From the NCBI RefSeq assembly GCF_006345805.1, contig NC_043003.1:36642001-36706000 (forward strand): 64,000 nt of DNA, given 5' to 3'. Below the pieces are notes generated by a model. That model saw only the letters and a list, made by a program, of their open reading frames with translations. It was not told where the DNA came from and ran no database searches. This DNA is from Octopus sinensis. Taxonomy: Eukaryota. Position numbers and translations under genes: made by a program. This document shows, piece after piece, positions 38,976 to 52,217 of this stretch; the first letter of the stretch is position 1; each line of letters opens with the position of its first letter.

Positions 38976-39385
38976 AAGGCGGCGAGCTGGCAGAATTGTT
39001 AGCACGCCGGGCGAAATGCGTAGCCGTATTTAGTCTGCCGTTACGTTCCGAGTTCAAATTCCGCCGAGGTCGACTTTGCCTTTCATCCTTTCGGGTACCA
39101 GTTACGCACTGGGGTCGATGTAATCGACTTAATCCGTTTGTCTGTCCTTGTTTGTCCTCTCAGTGTGTAGCACCTTGTGGGTAGTAAAGAAAAGGGTATT
39201 TCACCTATCGATACGTTCTGAGTTCAAATTCCGCCGAGGTCGACTTTGCCTTCCATCCTTTCGGTTTCAATTAATTAAATACCAGTAAAATACTGGACTT
39301 GATGTAATCGACTAGTTCCATTCCCCCAAATTTCAGGCTTTGTGCCTATAGTAGAAAGAACTATTATTATTATTATTATTATTAT

Positions 39386-39484
<99 letters not shown>

Positions 39485-39720
39485 CAGCAGCAGCAGCAGC
39501 AGCAGTAGTAGAAGTAATAGTGTTGTTTTAAGGCTGCAAGCTGGCAGAATCATTAGCACTCTTAGTGGTATTTCGTTACCGCTGAGGTAACTTTGAATAT
39601 CCTCCTTTCGGGCTCGATAAATCAAGGACCAGTTGAGTACTGGAGTCGATGTGATCGACTGCGCCCCACCACCACCACCACCGCCAAATCCCGGCCTTGA
39701 GCCTATAATAGAAATGATTA
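38976..39720 (+). mobile_element. Cluster of three family A SINE copies (38976-39200, 39214-39362, 39530-39720) with (TTA)n/(TAG)n tracts
   Basis: Repeated gttc(c/t)gagttcaaattccgccgaggtcgactttgcc core; the first copy is close to 44633-44864 apart from an internal deletion. Confidence 0.85.
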
Positions 39721-39749
39721 TTATTGTTGGTGTTGTTATCATCATCATC

Positions 39750-39750
39750 A

Positions 39751-39810
<60 letters not shown>

Positions 39811-42132
39811 TATGTTTGACTTTTGCTTTATGTCTGTACAAGTTGGCTCCAAGTCTCACCCAGAGACCTCAAGAGACAACAGGTTGGAAGTTCTGTGCCA
39901 TATATTTGGGGTTTTTTTTTTGTTTTTTTTGTGTTGTACTAGTGAATGTCTAATACATAAAAATAAAAAATAAATAAATAAATAAAATAAATAAATAAAT
40001 AAATAAATAAACAAAAATGTTTGTTTTAAACCTTGGGATTACATAGAGAGTATTTTGCGTAGGATATGAGCAGTTCCCATGAGCACTATCTTTTGAATTT
40101 CTGCCATTTTGGGGTTTCCTGCTATCTGAGTTAGGTAGCAATCATTCCCTTTCGCTATCATTCCCAGGGCACCTATGACAACAGGTATTGTTTTAGTCTT
40201 CAGCTTCCACATTTTGCTGATTTCTATTTCAAGATCTTTATATTTGCTCAGTTTTTGGTAGGTCTTGACAGATACGTTTATATCGATTGGGACAGTCATA
40301 TCAATGAGGAGGCATGTTCTTTGTCTGAAGTCTTTCAATATAATGTCTGGCCTATTTGCATCTATCTTCCTGTCAGTTTGAATGGTGAAGTTCCAGAGGA
40401 GTGAGATGTGGATTGTGTTCCCACCAGTTTTTTTCATGGGGCAAATCCAGGTTTTTGCAAATTACCCTGTGAATATATTGTGCAGCTCTATCATGCCTAC
40501 TGAGGTACTCTGTAGGCGCTAGAAGACTGCATTTGGAGACAACATGGTCAGTGGTTTCATTTTGTTGTCGGCATACACGACATGTTGGGCTACTGCCGTT
40601 CTTTAATATATTGGCCTGGTAGTTTCTTGTTGGTAGGCATTGATCTTGAGCTGCTATGATAAACCCCTCTGTTTCAGATTTTAAGCCAGAGGCCATTAGC
40701 CATTGATGGGTCAGGGCTTTGTCGATATCTGCATTATTCGCTCTCTTTGGGTATTTGCCATAGAGAGGTTTTTCTTGCCATTTATTATTCAGAATATCTA
40801 AGGCCGCAGTTTTGGCACGGGTTTTCATGCGCCTAGCTTTTTCTGTGCTTGTTTCTTGTATATCTATCTCTAATTCCGAAATTGGTTGTATTCGGAATTC
40901 ACTTAGATATTCCTCTGCCTGTTTTGTTACTGAGTATGATGCTTTCTTGTTTTCATGTTTTGAGACAAGTTTTAACATCCAGTCCTCAGAGTTTTTCAGG
41001 TAGGTGTCTAGGCCAATTGTAACAATCTTCATTGTTATTGCCAGTTGCAAAAGACCACGGCCTCCCTCTTTTCTTGGCAGATAGAGTCGTTCTGTATCTG
41101 CCTTAGGGTGGTGCATTCTATGCATTGTCAACAGTTTCCTTATTTTTCTGTCGAGCTGACATATTTCAGTAATTGACCAGTTAACAATATTGAAACTGTA
41201 AGTCACGACTGGTATGGCTAATGCATTGATCGCTTCGATCCTGTTTCTTGCATTCAGCTCTGACTTGAGTATTGCTCTCACTCTTCGATAGCATTCTCTC
41301 CTGATCCTTTCCTTCATCTCTGAGTGCCTTATTCCGTTCCCTTCAATTACCCCTAGGTACTTGTAGCTCTCCGCTGGGTCCAGTTCTTTTATGACATTCT
41401 GCTGGTCAAGGTAAACGTTAGATGTTTCTGTCATTTTTCCTTTGATAAAGGTAGCTTTTGCACATTTATCGAGGCCGAATTGCATTCTGATGTCGTCACT
41501 GAATTGTTTGACTATCGCTAGTAAGCCCTTGAGTTGTTGGTCATTTTTTGCAAAAAGCTTTAAATCATCCATGTAAATGAGATGATTTATATTTTTATCA
41601 AACATTTTATACCCGTACTGCGCGTCATTGAGCAGCTTTGAGAGAGGTATTAAGGATAAACAAAAGAGGAGTGGTGACAGTGAGTCACCCTGGAAAATGC
41701 CACACGAAATTTTTACATCACCAGCATTTAGGGATTCATTGTCACTGTTCAGAGTTAGTGTGGTTCACCATGATCTCATACTTACAGTCAAGAAGTTTCG
41801 CAGAGTAGGTGCTATCTTATACATTTCCAGGCATTTCCTAATCCAGCTATGTGGTAGGCTATCAAAAGCCTTTTTTATAGTCTATCCAGGCTATTGATAA
41901 TTTTTTGTGTCGTTTGTGACAATCTTCTAAGATCATCTTATTGATGAGTAGTTGGTCTTTACAGCCGTAGGATCCACATTTACATCCTTTCTGTTCATTA
42001 GGGAATATGCTGCTGTCTGTTAAAAAACTATAGGTATATTCCGTCAGGACAGATGTTAGTGTTTTGTACATAGTTGTTAAGCAGGTTATGGGTCTATAGT
42101 TTTTTGGTTCATTTGTTTCTTCACTTTTTCAC
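39750..42132 (-). mobile_element. 5'-truncated R4/Dong-type non-LTR retrotransposon (RT plus C-terminal restriction-like endonuclease)
   Basis: NYRPITCL, IAWIDYKK(A)FD, GIFQGDSLSPLLFC, LIYMDDLKLF (RT); CRVCRQQNETTDHVVSKC zinc knuckle; RPDII..LLIDMTVP...KLSKYKDL..PVVIGALG endonuclease; (AAT)n tail. Defects: +1 frameshift near 41870, TGA stop near 41765, deletion and frameshift near 40420. Confidence 0.95.
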
Positions 42133-42135
42133 TTA

Positions 42136-42199
<64 letters not shown>

Positions 42200-42989
42200 C
42201 ATTATTATTATTATTATTGTTATTGTTATTTGTATTTTCATAATCATTATTATTATTATTATTGTTATTGTTATTTTTATTTTTATTATCATTATTATTA
42301 TTATTATTAGTATTAGTAGTAGTAGTAGTAGTAGTAGTAGTAGGAGTAGTAGTAGTAGTAGTAGTAGTAGTAGATTTCTTTTAAACGCTTTCGTATCTGT
42401 AGTTACCGGAGAGTACTTCTGCTCCTTCCATAAATCGAATTCTAAAACATAGCAGTTGGTCTTTCGTTTCTCGTTTTTGACGTTGCCCACGCTTTTGCTC
42501 TCATTGATGATATCGACTATGATGTTGATGGTGCTGATGATGAGGATGATGATGACAAGGATAACGACGATGACAATGACGATGACGTCGATTTGGTTAT
42601 TGTCATTGTTATAGTCATAAATGTTGGTTTTTGATGAGGGTGTTGGCGATATTTTTAGCTGTGACATGTAAAGATATATATATATATATACGTGTGTGTT
42701 TGTGTATGATTGTGCGTGTGTGTGTGTGCTGCTATAATTGGTTTGCTTCAAGATATATTCTAACTATAGATGCTGTCGTCTTGCTTCTTTCTGATCTTAG
42801 CATCTTTTTTTACTCGCTCCTTTGCGCCGTTGGTTAATGTTGCTTGATTATTTCTAACAATTGCGCTGCTTTTGCTGTTGTTGTAGTAGTAGTAGTGGTA
42901 GTAGTAGTAGTAGTAGTAGTAGTAGTGTATTGTTAGTGAACATTGGGTGAGGATTTATAACTCGTTTTGATTTTGATATTGTTTTCATG

Positions 42990-43326
42990 TGAAGCCGCAT
43001 GCCTCAGTGGTTAGAGCGTCGGGCTTACGATCGTGAGGTTGTGAGCTCGAATCCCGGACCGGGCTGCTTGTTGTGTTCTTGAGCAAGACACTTTATTGTA
43101 CGTTGCTCCAGTTCACTCAGCTGTAGAAATGATTTGCGATGTCACTGGTGCCAAGCTGTATCGGCCGCTGCCTTTCCCTTGGATAAGACTGGTGGCGTGG
43201 AGAGGGGAGGCCGGTATGCATGGGCGATTGCTGGTCTTCCATAAACAACCTTGCCCGGACTTCTGCCAAGGGGGTAACTTTCTAGGTGCAATACCATGGT
43301 CAGTGTGGTTACCGATGGGGTCCTCA
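42990..43326 (+). mobile_element. tRNA-derived SINE, family D (3' fragment of the same family on the minus strand at ~60262-60370)
   Basis: AGTGGTTAGAGCG A-box and GCTCGAATCCC B-box-like motifs, GTGTTCTTGAGCAAGACACTT central domain, tail aactttctaggtgcaa also present reversed at 60262-60370. Confidence 0.85.
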
Positions 43327-43335
43327 GAACTGTTG

Positions 43336-43361
43336 TCTATATATACAAAACTGAGAATGTG

Positions 43362-43392
<31 letters not shown>

Positions 43393-43560
43393 GTGAATCC
43401 CTAAAACTTGAGAACTACACAACCAATTTCATTCAAATTTTACACATGCCTTACTTATGGTCCACGGAGTGTCATGGGCAAAAATATATTTACCTTCTCC
43501 ACTATTTCAGTATTGCGTGTTAAAAGTGAAACAAAAACATCTCACTATTGTATGTATATG

Positions 43561-43609
<49 letters not shown>

Positions 43610-43648
43610 TAGCATTAAAGACCCGTCCTTGCCGGGTCATAGTGCTAG
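43336..43648 (+). mobile_element. Non-autonomous Helitron-like element, plus strand
   Basis: 5' TCTATATATACAAAACTGAGA with (GTCT)n; candidate 3' end is hairpin GACCCG-tccttgc-CGGGTC followed 6 nt later by CTAG|T (43645-43648). Confidence 0.6.
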
Positions 43649-44627
43649 TGCATGTATATATGTGTATATATATGTGTAAATATTACATGTACATCTATAT
43701 ATATATACATCTACACATAAAATACAAAATACAAAGTTATATCTTGATATCGCTAGTGATAACAATACTCAAAATATATAACAGCATGGAATTGTCAGGC
43801 CGTCTCTTGTAATTTCGATCAACTGTATCTTGTCCTCCCTCTTGAATAGAAGTGTGTCTACAATCCAGCCTACCCCTACTTCGGGGGGTAGGGGTAGGGG
43901 TTTTTAATTTTTTTCCGGGACGTCCTACGTCCCAGATATAAAGGTAATAATAAAATATTTCCACTTCGCAAGTTCGAGTCGAGTACTCCCTTGCACGCTC
44001 CGTTGACTCGAATCTTGCTTCTATTATGGCGAATTTACCGCCTCTGATTTGATATCTTTCATACTCGCACCAATACACTTTTCAAAGGTACTTTTCTCCA
44101 TGTGTTCAAATCTCCTTTTTTCTCTACATTATATACTTTATAGACAATAGTCTTTTCTTTAATTTAATTTTTTATTATCCATCTGGACTATTCCATTTCT
44201 GCACGCTAATTTTATTTTTAATTTATTCCCAATCATTTGAAACCACTTATTCAAGTTCAAGTCATTGATGCAATTTTATACCAATTACTGTTTTAACTTT
44301 TGTTATGTTACGATTATATTATATTTTAGTTTGATTTTAATTATTACTTACTACATATAATTCAATTGTTATTATTATTTTTATTGTTAAAGTGAAAGTA
44401 TCTGACATAAAATAGAGAAATGTTTTTGTTTCACTTTTAACACGTAATACTGAAATAGTGGAAAAGATATGATATTGCTATGGGCTCGCTCTAGGCAAGA
44501 AGTTGAACATTTTTTTTTGCCCATGATACTACATGAATGAAATTAGTTGTGTAGTTCTCAACTTTTAGGGAAACACACAGACAGACAGACAGACACACAC
44601 ACACTCTCAGTTTTATATATATGAAGA
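43609..44627 (-). mobile_element. Non-autonomous Helitron, minus strand, same family as 43336
   Basis: 5' A|TCTTCATATATATAAAACTGAGAG at 44627 with (GTCT)n; 44410-44627 is the inverted homolog of 43336-43548; 3' end is the same hairpin followed 7 nt later by CTAG|T (43609-43612). Confidence 0.75.
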
Positions 44628-44632
44628 TATAT

Positions 44633-44864
44633 ATTTCTTTACTACCCACAAGGGGCTAAACACAGAGGGGACAAACAAGGACAGACAAAGGGATTAAGTC
44701 GACTACATCGACCCCAGTGCGTAACTGGTACTTAATTTATCGACCCCGAAAGGATGAAAGGCAAAGTCGACCTCGGCGGAATTTGAACTCGGAACGTAAC
44801 GACAGACGAAATACGGCTACGAATTTCGCCCGGCGTGCTAACGTTTCTACCAGCTCGCCGCCTT
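44633..44864 (-). mobile_element. Full-length, young-looking family A SINE with 15-bp TSD
   Basis: Complete head to tail; TATATGAAGATATAT at 44618-44632 and 44867-44881. Confidence 0.92.
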
Positions 44865-44893
44865 ATTATATGAAGATATATATATATATGTGT

Positions 44894-44938
<45 letters not shown>

Positions 44939-46149
44939 GATATTTTTCTATGATCGAAATCCTCATTGATAAAAAATTCTATAGATATACATGTATGTCT
45001 AGATGTATATATATGTAGATGTACATGTAATATGTACACATATATATACACATATATACATGCATACATATATATACACCCATACACACATACACATACT
45101 CACACACCCCAAACCGCACCCCACCGCAGGTGTGGCTGTGTGGTAAGAAACTTGCTTCCAAAACACATGGTCATCAGTTCAGTCCCACGTAACGGCTGAC
45201 GAAATACCGCTAAGCATTTCGGCCGCCAGCACACCACCTAAGAAGTAGTAAATATAAGAGGTGCAAGAGAGGTACTAATGCTAGCGTTGATGGCAAGCAA
45301 TCGAAAAAAATCACTATATATACACAAAGTGGGAGAGTAAGGATCATAGATGGAGGTGGAAGAGGAAAAAGAAGTGATAGATAGAGAAGTTATGGGAGGA
45401 GATTATTTGTTTTATTTAATATTCATGTAATATTTGTTTTGAAAATTAGTATTCATTTCATCATTTTGTCTAAATATCACAAGATTTGATATAAATTAAA
45501 TAATTATTATTATAGTATTCCTTATTTTCTGACAGTAACTGTGATGGCAAATATATATTTCTAAATTTACCAGCATAGGTGTTCAAACTCAGGTATATTT
45601 ATAACGTCTGGTTTGTCTATTCTCTTATGTGATCTGTGATAATGTCTTGGAGTAAGCCAGGTGCAAACAGTATGAGACTTTTGTTATAATTCTCATCCTT
45701 CAATACCACTCCGTTACGAATTGAATTTTTACTTTGAAGTTTAACTATAGATAAATGTGTTTGCATATAATATATGTGAGGATGTCTGTTTGTGCAAGCA
45801 AGGTTTGTGTAGATCTATCTATATGTATATGTATCCTTGAAAACATCAGGAATGAAGAGATCCTACGTCATGCTGGTCTGTCCCCATGATCGAAATCCTC
45901 ATTGATAAAAAAATGTACGTTGTATGGGTCACGTATATAGGAGACATGAACACACTGTGCAGGCAGCGCCTTTTCTTCTAACGATGCAAGAAGAAAAGAA
46001 ACCGTGGAAGTCTTAGACTGAGATACAAAGATATTTCAAAAAGGAACGTGAAGTGGAAAGTAATTGATCATCATAAATGGCAATTCTAAGCGAAAAACAA
46101 ACCAATACGAAGAAGGCATATAGACTCATGCAAAACCAGACATACATGC

Positions 46150-46180
<31 letters not shown>

Positions 46181-46182
46181 AG

Positions 46183-46213
<31 letters not shown>

Positions 46214-46307
46214 GTGTGTGTGTATAAACATATATATATATATACACGTATACATATATATACATATATATACATATATACATGTATACACACATATATA
46301 TATGTAT

Positions 46308-46391
<84 letters not shown>

Positions 46392-46392
46392 A

Positions 46393-47722
46393 TCTACTAC
46401 ATATGTGGAAAATCGGTTTATGTTTGTTTGTGGCGTTGTTAGCTAACTCCTCCTACATCGTTTTATTGATTTTGATGAAACTAGATACGTGAGTAGAACT
46501 CATGTCTGGAAACCTCGTGACGTACTTAGATTGTTGGAAAAATCGACAATACGGCCCTTGGAAGAGACCATTATATCTACGTCATATAACTCATTTTTTT
46601 AAAACCCAAATGAAATAACCCATCGCACCTGCACAATATTTTTAAACACTGAAGGTGAATAACCCATTTCATTGTTTATATTCGATTACTTTGAATATTG
46701 ATGTTTTGTGTGGCAAAATTCTAATTTTTGCAGAAAATATCGCTTTTATACTATATTTAACATGTGAGTAGAACAGTCTGAAAACCTCGTGACATACGTA
46801 GATTGTTTAAAAATATCGATAATCAGGCCCCCTCCAATGGAGCCTTCTACCTACTTCATATTACTAATATTTTATTTAAACAACCCAAAGGAAATAACCC
46901 ATACCACCTGCAGTTATTAGCGAAGTGATCAATATTATATTCTTACGATCAACCGACCTAATTCTGCATTTCACTACTCACAGTTTTGAAGTGCGAAACA
47001 TTACTTTTGCACATCCTTAATTTGAATCTTAAACCTTAAATACTTCATTCATACATTTCTATACATACTTTTTTAAATGCCCTTTACTCCGATAATTCTG
47101 CATTTTTACAGTTACACTTTTTTCCATGACAGTAGATAAATTTTTTTATTCCACAGCGTATTTGTAGTGGCTTCATGCAGGCATAGTGTGGATTCGTTCC
47201 TCTATTGCCAAATTTCACTTAATACTTCGACAGCGCTTTTCTCATGGTAGACCAAGTTTTTCTGTGAATAACAGCGGTTATACATTTCCCAGATGCCTTC
47301 GCTATGCAGAATAATGTATTTGCCACTTGATCCTCCTGATCTCTTCTAGGCCACCAGGGGCTGGAATAGAGACAACAGACCTCCAACGAAATCATTTGTT
47401 GTCAACAATATGTCTTTTCTTCTGGCTGCTTTTCTATCGTTATAAAAACAAGAATTCCGTAATCTAATGGCAGTTACTGCGAACAGCCATCAATGAGTGT
47501 AAACGTTATTATTGCACTTACTTCAAATATTTCATTCATATATTTATATACATAAAATCTCTCCTTCCTTCAGCTTACAGTTTTGTACATTTTTCCGACG
47601 GAAAATACACCTTTTGTAGCAGTTATAACAAAATTGTTGGTCTTATATAAGTAAGAAGGCATTTCAGTATACCTTTACTTCCGGGGTACACCAGCTAGTA
47701 TGTTACCGAGTACACCAGCTAG
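46393..47722 (+). mobile_element. Probable non-autonomous Helitron with internal ~275-bp duplication and doubled 3' end
   Basis: A|TCTACTACATATGT..GTTTGTTTGT 5' end; gtgagtagaac..aaacctcgtgac..tagattgtt repeated near 46490 and 46765; GTACACCAGCTAG|T twice (ending 47698 and 47722). Confidence 0.5.
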
Positions 47723-47737
47723 TATATATATATATAT

Positions 47738-47811
<74 letters not shown>

Positions 47812-48196
47812 TTATACATATATTTATTACGCACATATATATACATAAGCATGAATGAATGTACATGTCTAAATAGGTATATATATGTGTGTGTGTTTGC
47901 ATGCATGTATGTGCATTTATGTATCAACGTATGTATATGTTTATGTAAGTATGTACTTACGTCTGCGCGAGTATTAAGTCACGGCGAAATTTTCATATAA
48001 ATATAGACAAATTCTATACAGTATATTCAGTATTGTTTATTTCTTTAAGCACTACAAATCTATCTGCGTGTTTTATGATTGCTTTGTGCGGGCTTGTGCG
48101 TGCCTGTATATATATGTATGTATGTAAATATGTGCGTGTGTGTGTCTGTGTGTGTCTCTGAGTGTGTGTGTGTGTCCGTGTGTAAACATATATACG

Positions 48197-48231
<35 letters not shown>

Positions 48232-48280
48232 TCGCTGACATTTAATACCTCATTCCATTGATCTTCATGTTTTTTTATAT

Positions 48281-48324
<44 letters not shown>

Positions 48325-49269
48325 CATACATAATAAATAAATACATAAATACATACATACATACATATATATATATGCCACATAAGAAATAAATGCTGCT
48401 ACTACTACAACATTTACTACTATTACCACTACTATTGTTCCTGATTATTTTGCTATCTCACCACCGTTTTGTTGTTATGGCTGAAGTTGTTTGGATCTGC
48501 TGTTTTATAAATTTTTTTGGTTAGTTTTATCATTATTGCTATTGGAGTTGTTAGTACTGCTGCTATTTTTGTTGTTGTTGTTGTGGTGGTGGTAGCGGTA
48601 GTGGTGGTAGGGGTGATGGTGGTGGTGGTAGGTACTGTTGTTGTTATTGTTGTTTTGTCTATATTCGGTCCCGGAAGCATGTTTATATTTAGTCTATATC
48701 ACAGTAACCTTCAGCTAATAAAATGCAAACAACAAAAGGAATCACTAACAGCTAAACAATCGACAGCATACGGTAATAGTTAACAAACGACGGCAAATAC
48801 AAACAAATATGAACTGACAAAGACAAATTAATGATTTGTGCAGTAATAATAACTGTGATTTCATCGTCAATAGATACAACAACAAGGACGAAATAAACGT
48901 TCTGAGCAAATTCTGAAGCATTCCTTTCTTTAAACAGTTCAGTGTTTGTTTAAGGGTTTCCTTTAGGCTACAGTTTTGCTAACAAACGTCATTACTGAAC
49001 GAACGATTTAGCCTTCACCTTCCCACTGCCAACAGTTTTAGTTCGTTGCTGTACACCGATTGAGCAATTTCAAGCTAGATTAAGGAGGCAACAATTTCTT
49101 CTCAATTTGGTTTTGTCTTTCTTTTATATTCCATGTGCTTGTTTTGTTTTTATTCTTATTGCGTTGCTTTAATGTTTCCAATGTTCAGGGAGGAAATGTA
49201 TCTCAGTTTGGTAAACATATGTACATACCAACTAAGCATGCGCCATCATATCATCTAGTTGTCTTTATA

Positions 49270-49270
49270 C

Positions 49271-49343
<73 letters not shown>

Positions 49344-49469
49344 CCTATCTATCTATCTGTCTGTATGTCTGTCTCTCTGTTTGTCGAGACAATGGATGAT
49401 GATGATGTTTGTCCGTCTATCTATCTATCCATTTATCTATCTATCTCTATCTATCTATCTATCTATCTG

Positions 49470-49529
<60 letters not shown>

Positions 49530-49643
49530 ACTACCTGTCTGTCTCTCTGTCCATCTATTGTTTGTCCGTCTATCTATCTGTCTTTCTATCTGTCTATCTA
49601 TCTATCTGTCTTTCTATCTGTCTATCTATCTATCTATCTATCA

Positions 49644-49738
<95 letters not shown>

Positions 49739-49740
49739 AA
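49270..49740. repeat. (TCTA)n compound microsatellite
   Basis: Visible run. Confidence 0.95.
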
Positions 49741-51560
49741 ATCAATTTATTTGTTTATCTATTTCTATTTCTGTAAATAGATATCTATCCGTATTTATTC
49801 ATATCTGTTTATCTAACTATCTACTTAACAGTACTTTTATCATTCAATTTCTATGTTTATCTGACTGTTTACCAATCTCACAATACATTCATCTTGCACT
49901 CTATTAAATCGATCCATTCAATCAGTTATACCCCCAATCCATCCGAGAGCAACAATAACACCAACGACGATTCCTCAATTTGCAAGTAAATAGAAGTATT
50001 CATATTAAAATTTTAAAGAAAAAATGAATACACCATGACTTAATCTTTATAGAAGCGTATAACAATTATGTTTTCCAATCAAATTATTCGATCTTGTAAT
50101 AACGAAATCAATGAACACTCTATACGCTTAAACACTCTTCTATTACTTAAATTTTTTTTAGAAGGTGTTAATCATTAGATGGCTAGACAATGATAATCCC
50201 GATGTCGCTTGAGATATTCGATGAGAACGAAATTCTTAATGAATATACATGTTGATGTTGTTGTTGTTGTTATTATTATTATCATTATTACTGTTGTTCC
50301 TGTTATTATAGACTTCATCGTTGTTGTTCATGTTGTTATTGTATAGTTTGGTCACAATCAGCTCTGAACAATTAGACATGTGGTCAAATACGTTAAAGAC
50401 AATGCCTTCTTTCGTCTATCCAGAACAAAATTAATCAATGTGTTCTGCCGTTCTTTAAGGTGGTCGTAGTTAATTGCAGAAATATTTATCTATATTGTAT
50501 ATTTAAATTCTATAATTGTAAATAGTGAAAATAATTTTTCTTGCTTCCAGGTTTACAAGCGATAGTTCAATACATTTCTGACGGAGAGATTTAAGAGATA
50601 GTGCTTCACTTGATGTAAGGGACTTCATTCGTAACGTAACCATTATTTATTTTCAAATTTCGTTCTTTATATGTAACACACTGCCTAAATACCAATCTTC
50701 AGAAATTAGGCTTCTCAAACGCAGAAAAGCGAAAGCTGATTCGAAAACTACAGATCCAAGCCATAACTGGAACAGTAAATATCTATAAAACTTTCCAGAA
50801 ATTTATCAATTAAGTATTTATGGAGCATGCCTAGATATGCAGGTATATGCATGAGAAGGCATAAATGAAACAAAACATACAAATCTGCATACATGCATAC
50901 TTACATATATACATACATACCGTGTTGTTGATGTTGCAATCCCAATGAAAGAACATTTATCTAAGAAACCGGCTCTTTCACTATTGGCTAGAAATCTTGA
51001 AATAAAATTAAATAATGACATATACGCACGTATGGTGTATGCATGTTATATACAGGCAGACAGCCAATCAGACAAACAGACACTGTAAGTCGGTTTAGAG
51101 GAAAACAAAATTAATATTGATTACTGCGCGCTATCTGTCAACCTAACTGCATTTCGCAAGGTATTGGCCAACGTGAGACTATCTTAGAAAAGGTTTACCA
51201 ATAATTTCTACTAGCAGAATTGAAACTGGAATCTAACTCTCAAGCATGTAACAAGTGGTTGTTATTTTTAACTAGTAGTTCTTCTGCCGTTATGTAATTA
51301 ATGGTCAGGTGCGTCAGAATATCTACTATGAGGCATGTTCTTCGTAAGTTACGCTTAGCAATTCGCAACCATCACCAAACCTAAAGAGCATTCGTTATCG
51401 TTTCTTTAAAAAATTATACACTATTTAAAAAAATGTTAGCAATTTTTTCTTTCAAAATAATATTACAGTGAAATTTACCGAAATGAAAGACATGTAATAG
51501 AGTCGTGACAATTGCTTCCTACGTTGAAATGGTATACCATTATTTTCGTTTTATATCTAG

Positions 51561-51605
<45 letters not shown>

Positions 51606-51821
51606 TATATATATATACATTTATGTATGTATATATATATATATGTATGCATGTATGTATGTATCTATGTATATATGTATGTATGTAGGTATGTATATAT
51701 ATATATGTATGTATATTATATATTATACATATATATATATATGTATATAAATAGTATACATATGTATATGTATGTATATATACGTGAGTGAGAGTGTGTG
51801 CATATGTATATGTATAAATAC

Positions 51822-51863
<42 letters not shown>

Positions 51864-51887
51864 TGTGTGTATATATAGTATGAATGT

Positions 51888-51999
<112 letters not shown>

Positions 52000-52059
52000 C
52001 ACGCATACACATATATAACCTCATACCTTTGATGTAAAAATATGTAGAGATGAAGATTT

Positions 52060-52179
52060 TGTGTGGTGGTGGTGGGGTCATGTCTTCATCGTTTTCGTGT
52101 TCATCGTCGTGATGTTGGTGATGGTGGTAGTGGTGGTAGTGATGATAGTGTGTATGATGATTGTCATTATCATCATCTT

Positions 52180-52217
<38 letters not shown>

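Noticed and set aside
42990-43070. tRNA gene (also the heads at 12166, 19785 and 38976)
   Set aside because: A/B-box-like motifs are present, but there is no complete cloverleaf and each continues into a multi-copy SINE body.
43737-44078. 113-aa ORF as a captured gene inside the mini-Helitron
   Set aside because: No recognisable motif; it runs across hairpin and G-run sequences and is of a length expected by chance.
47100-47660. Helicase remnant inside the 46393-47722 element
   Set aside because: Manual translation of both strands gave no ordered helicase or Rep motifs.
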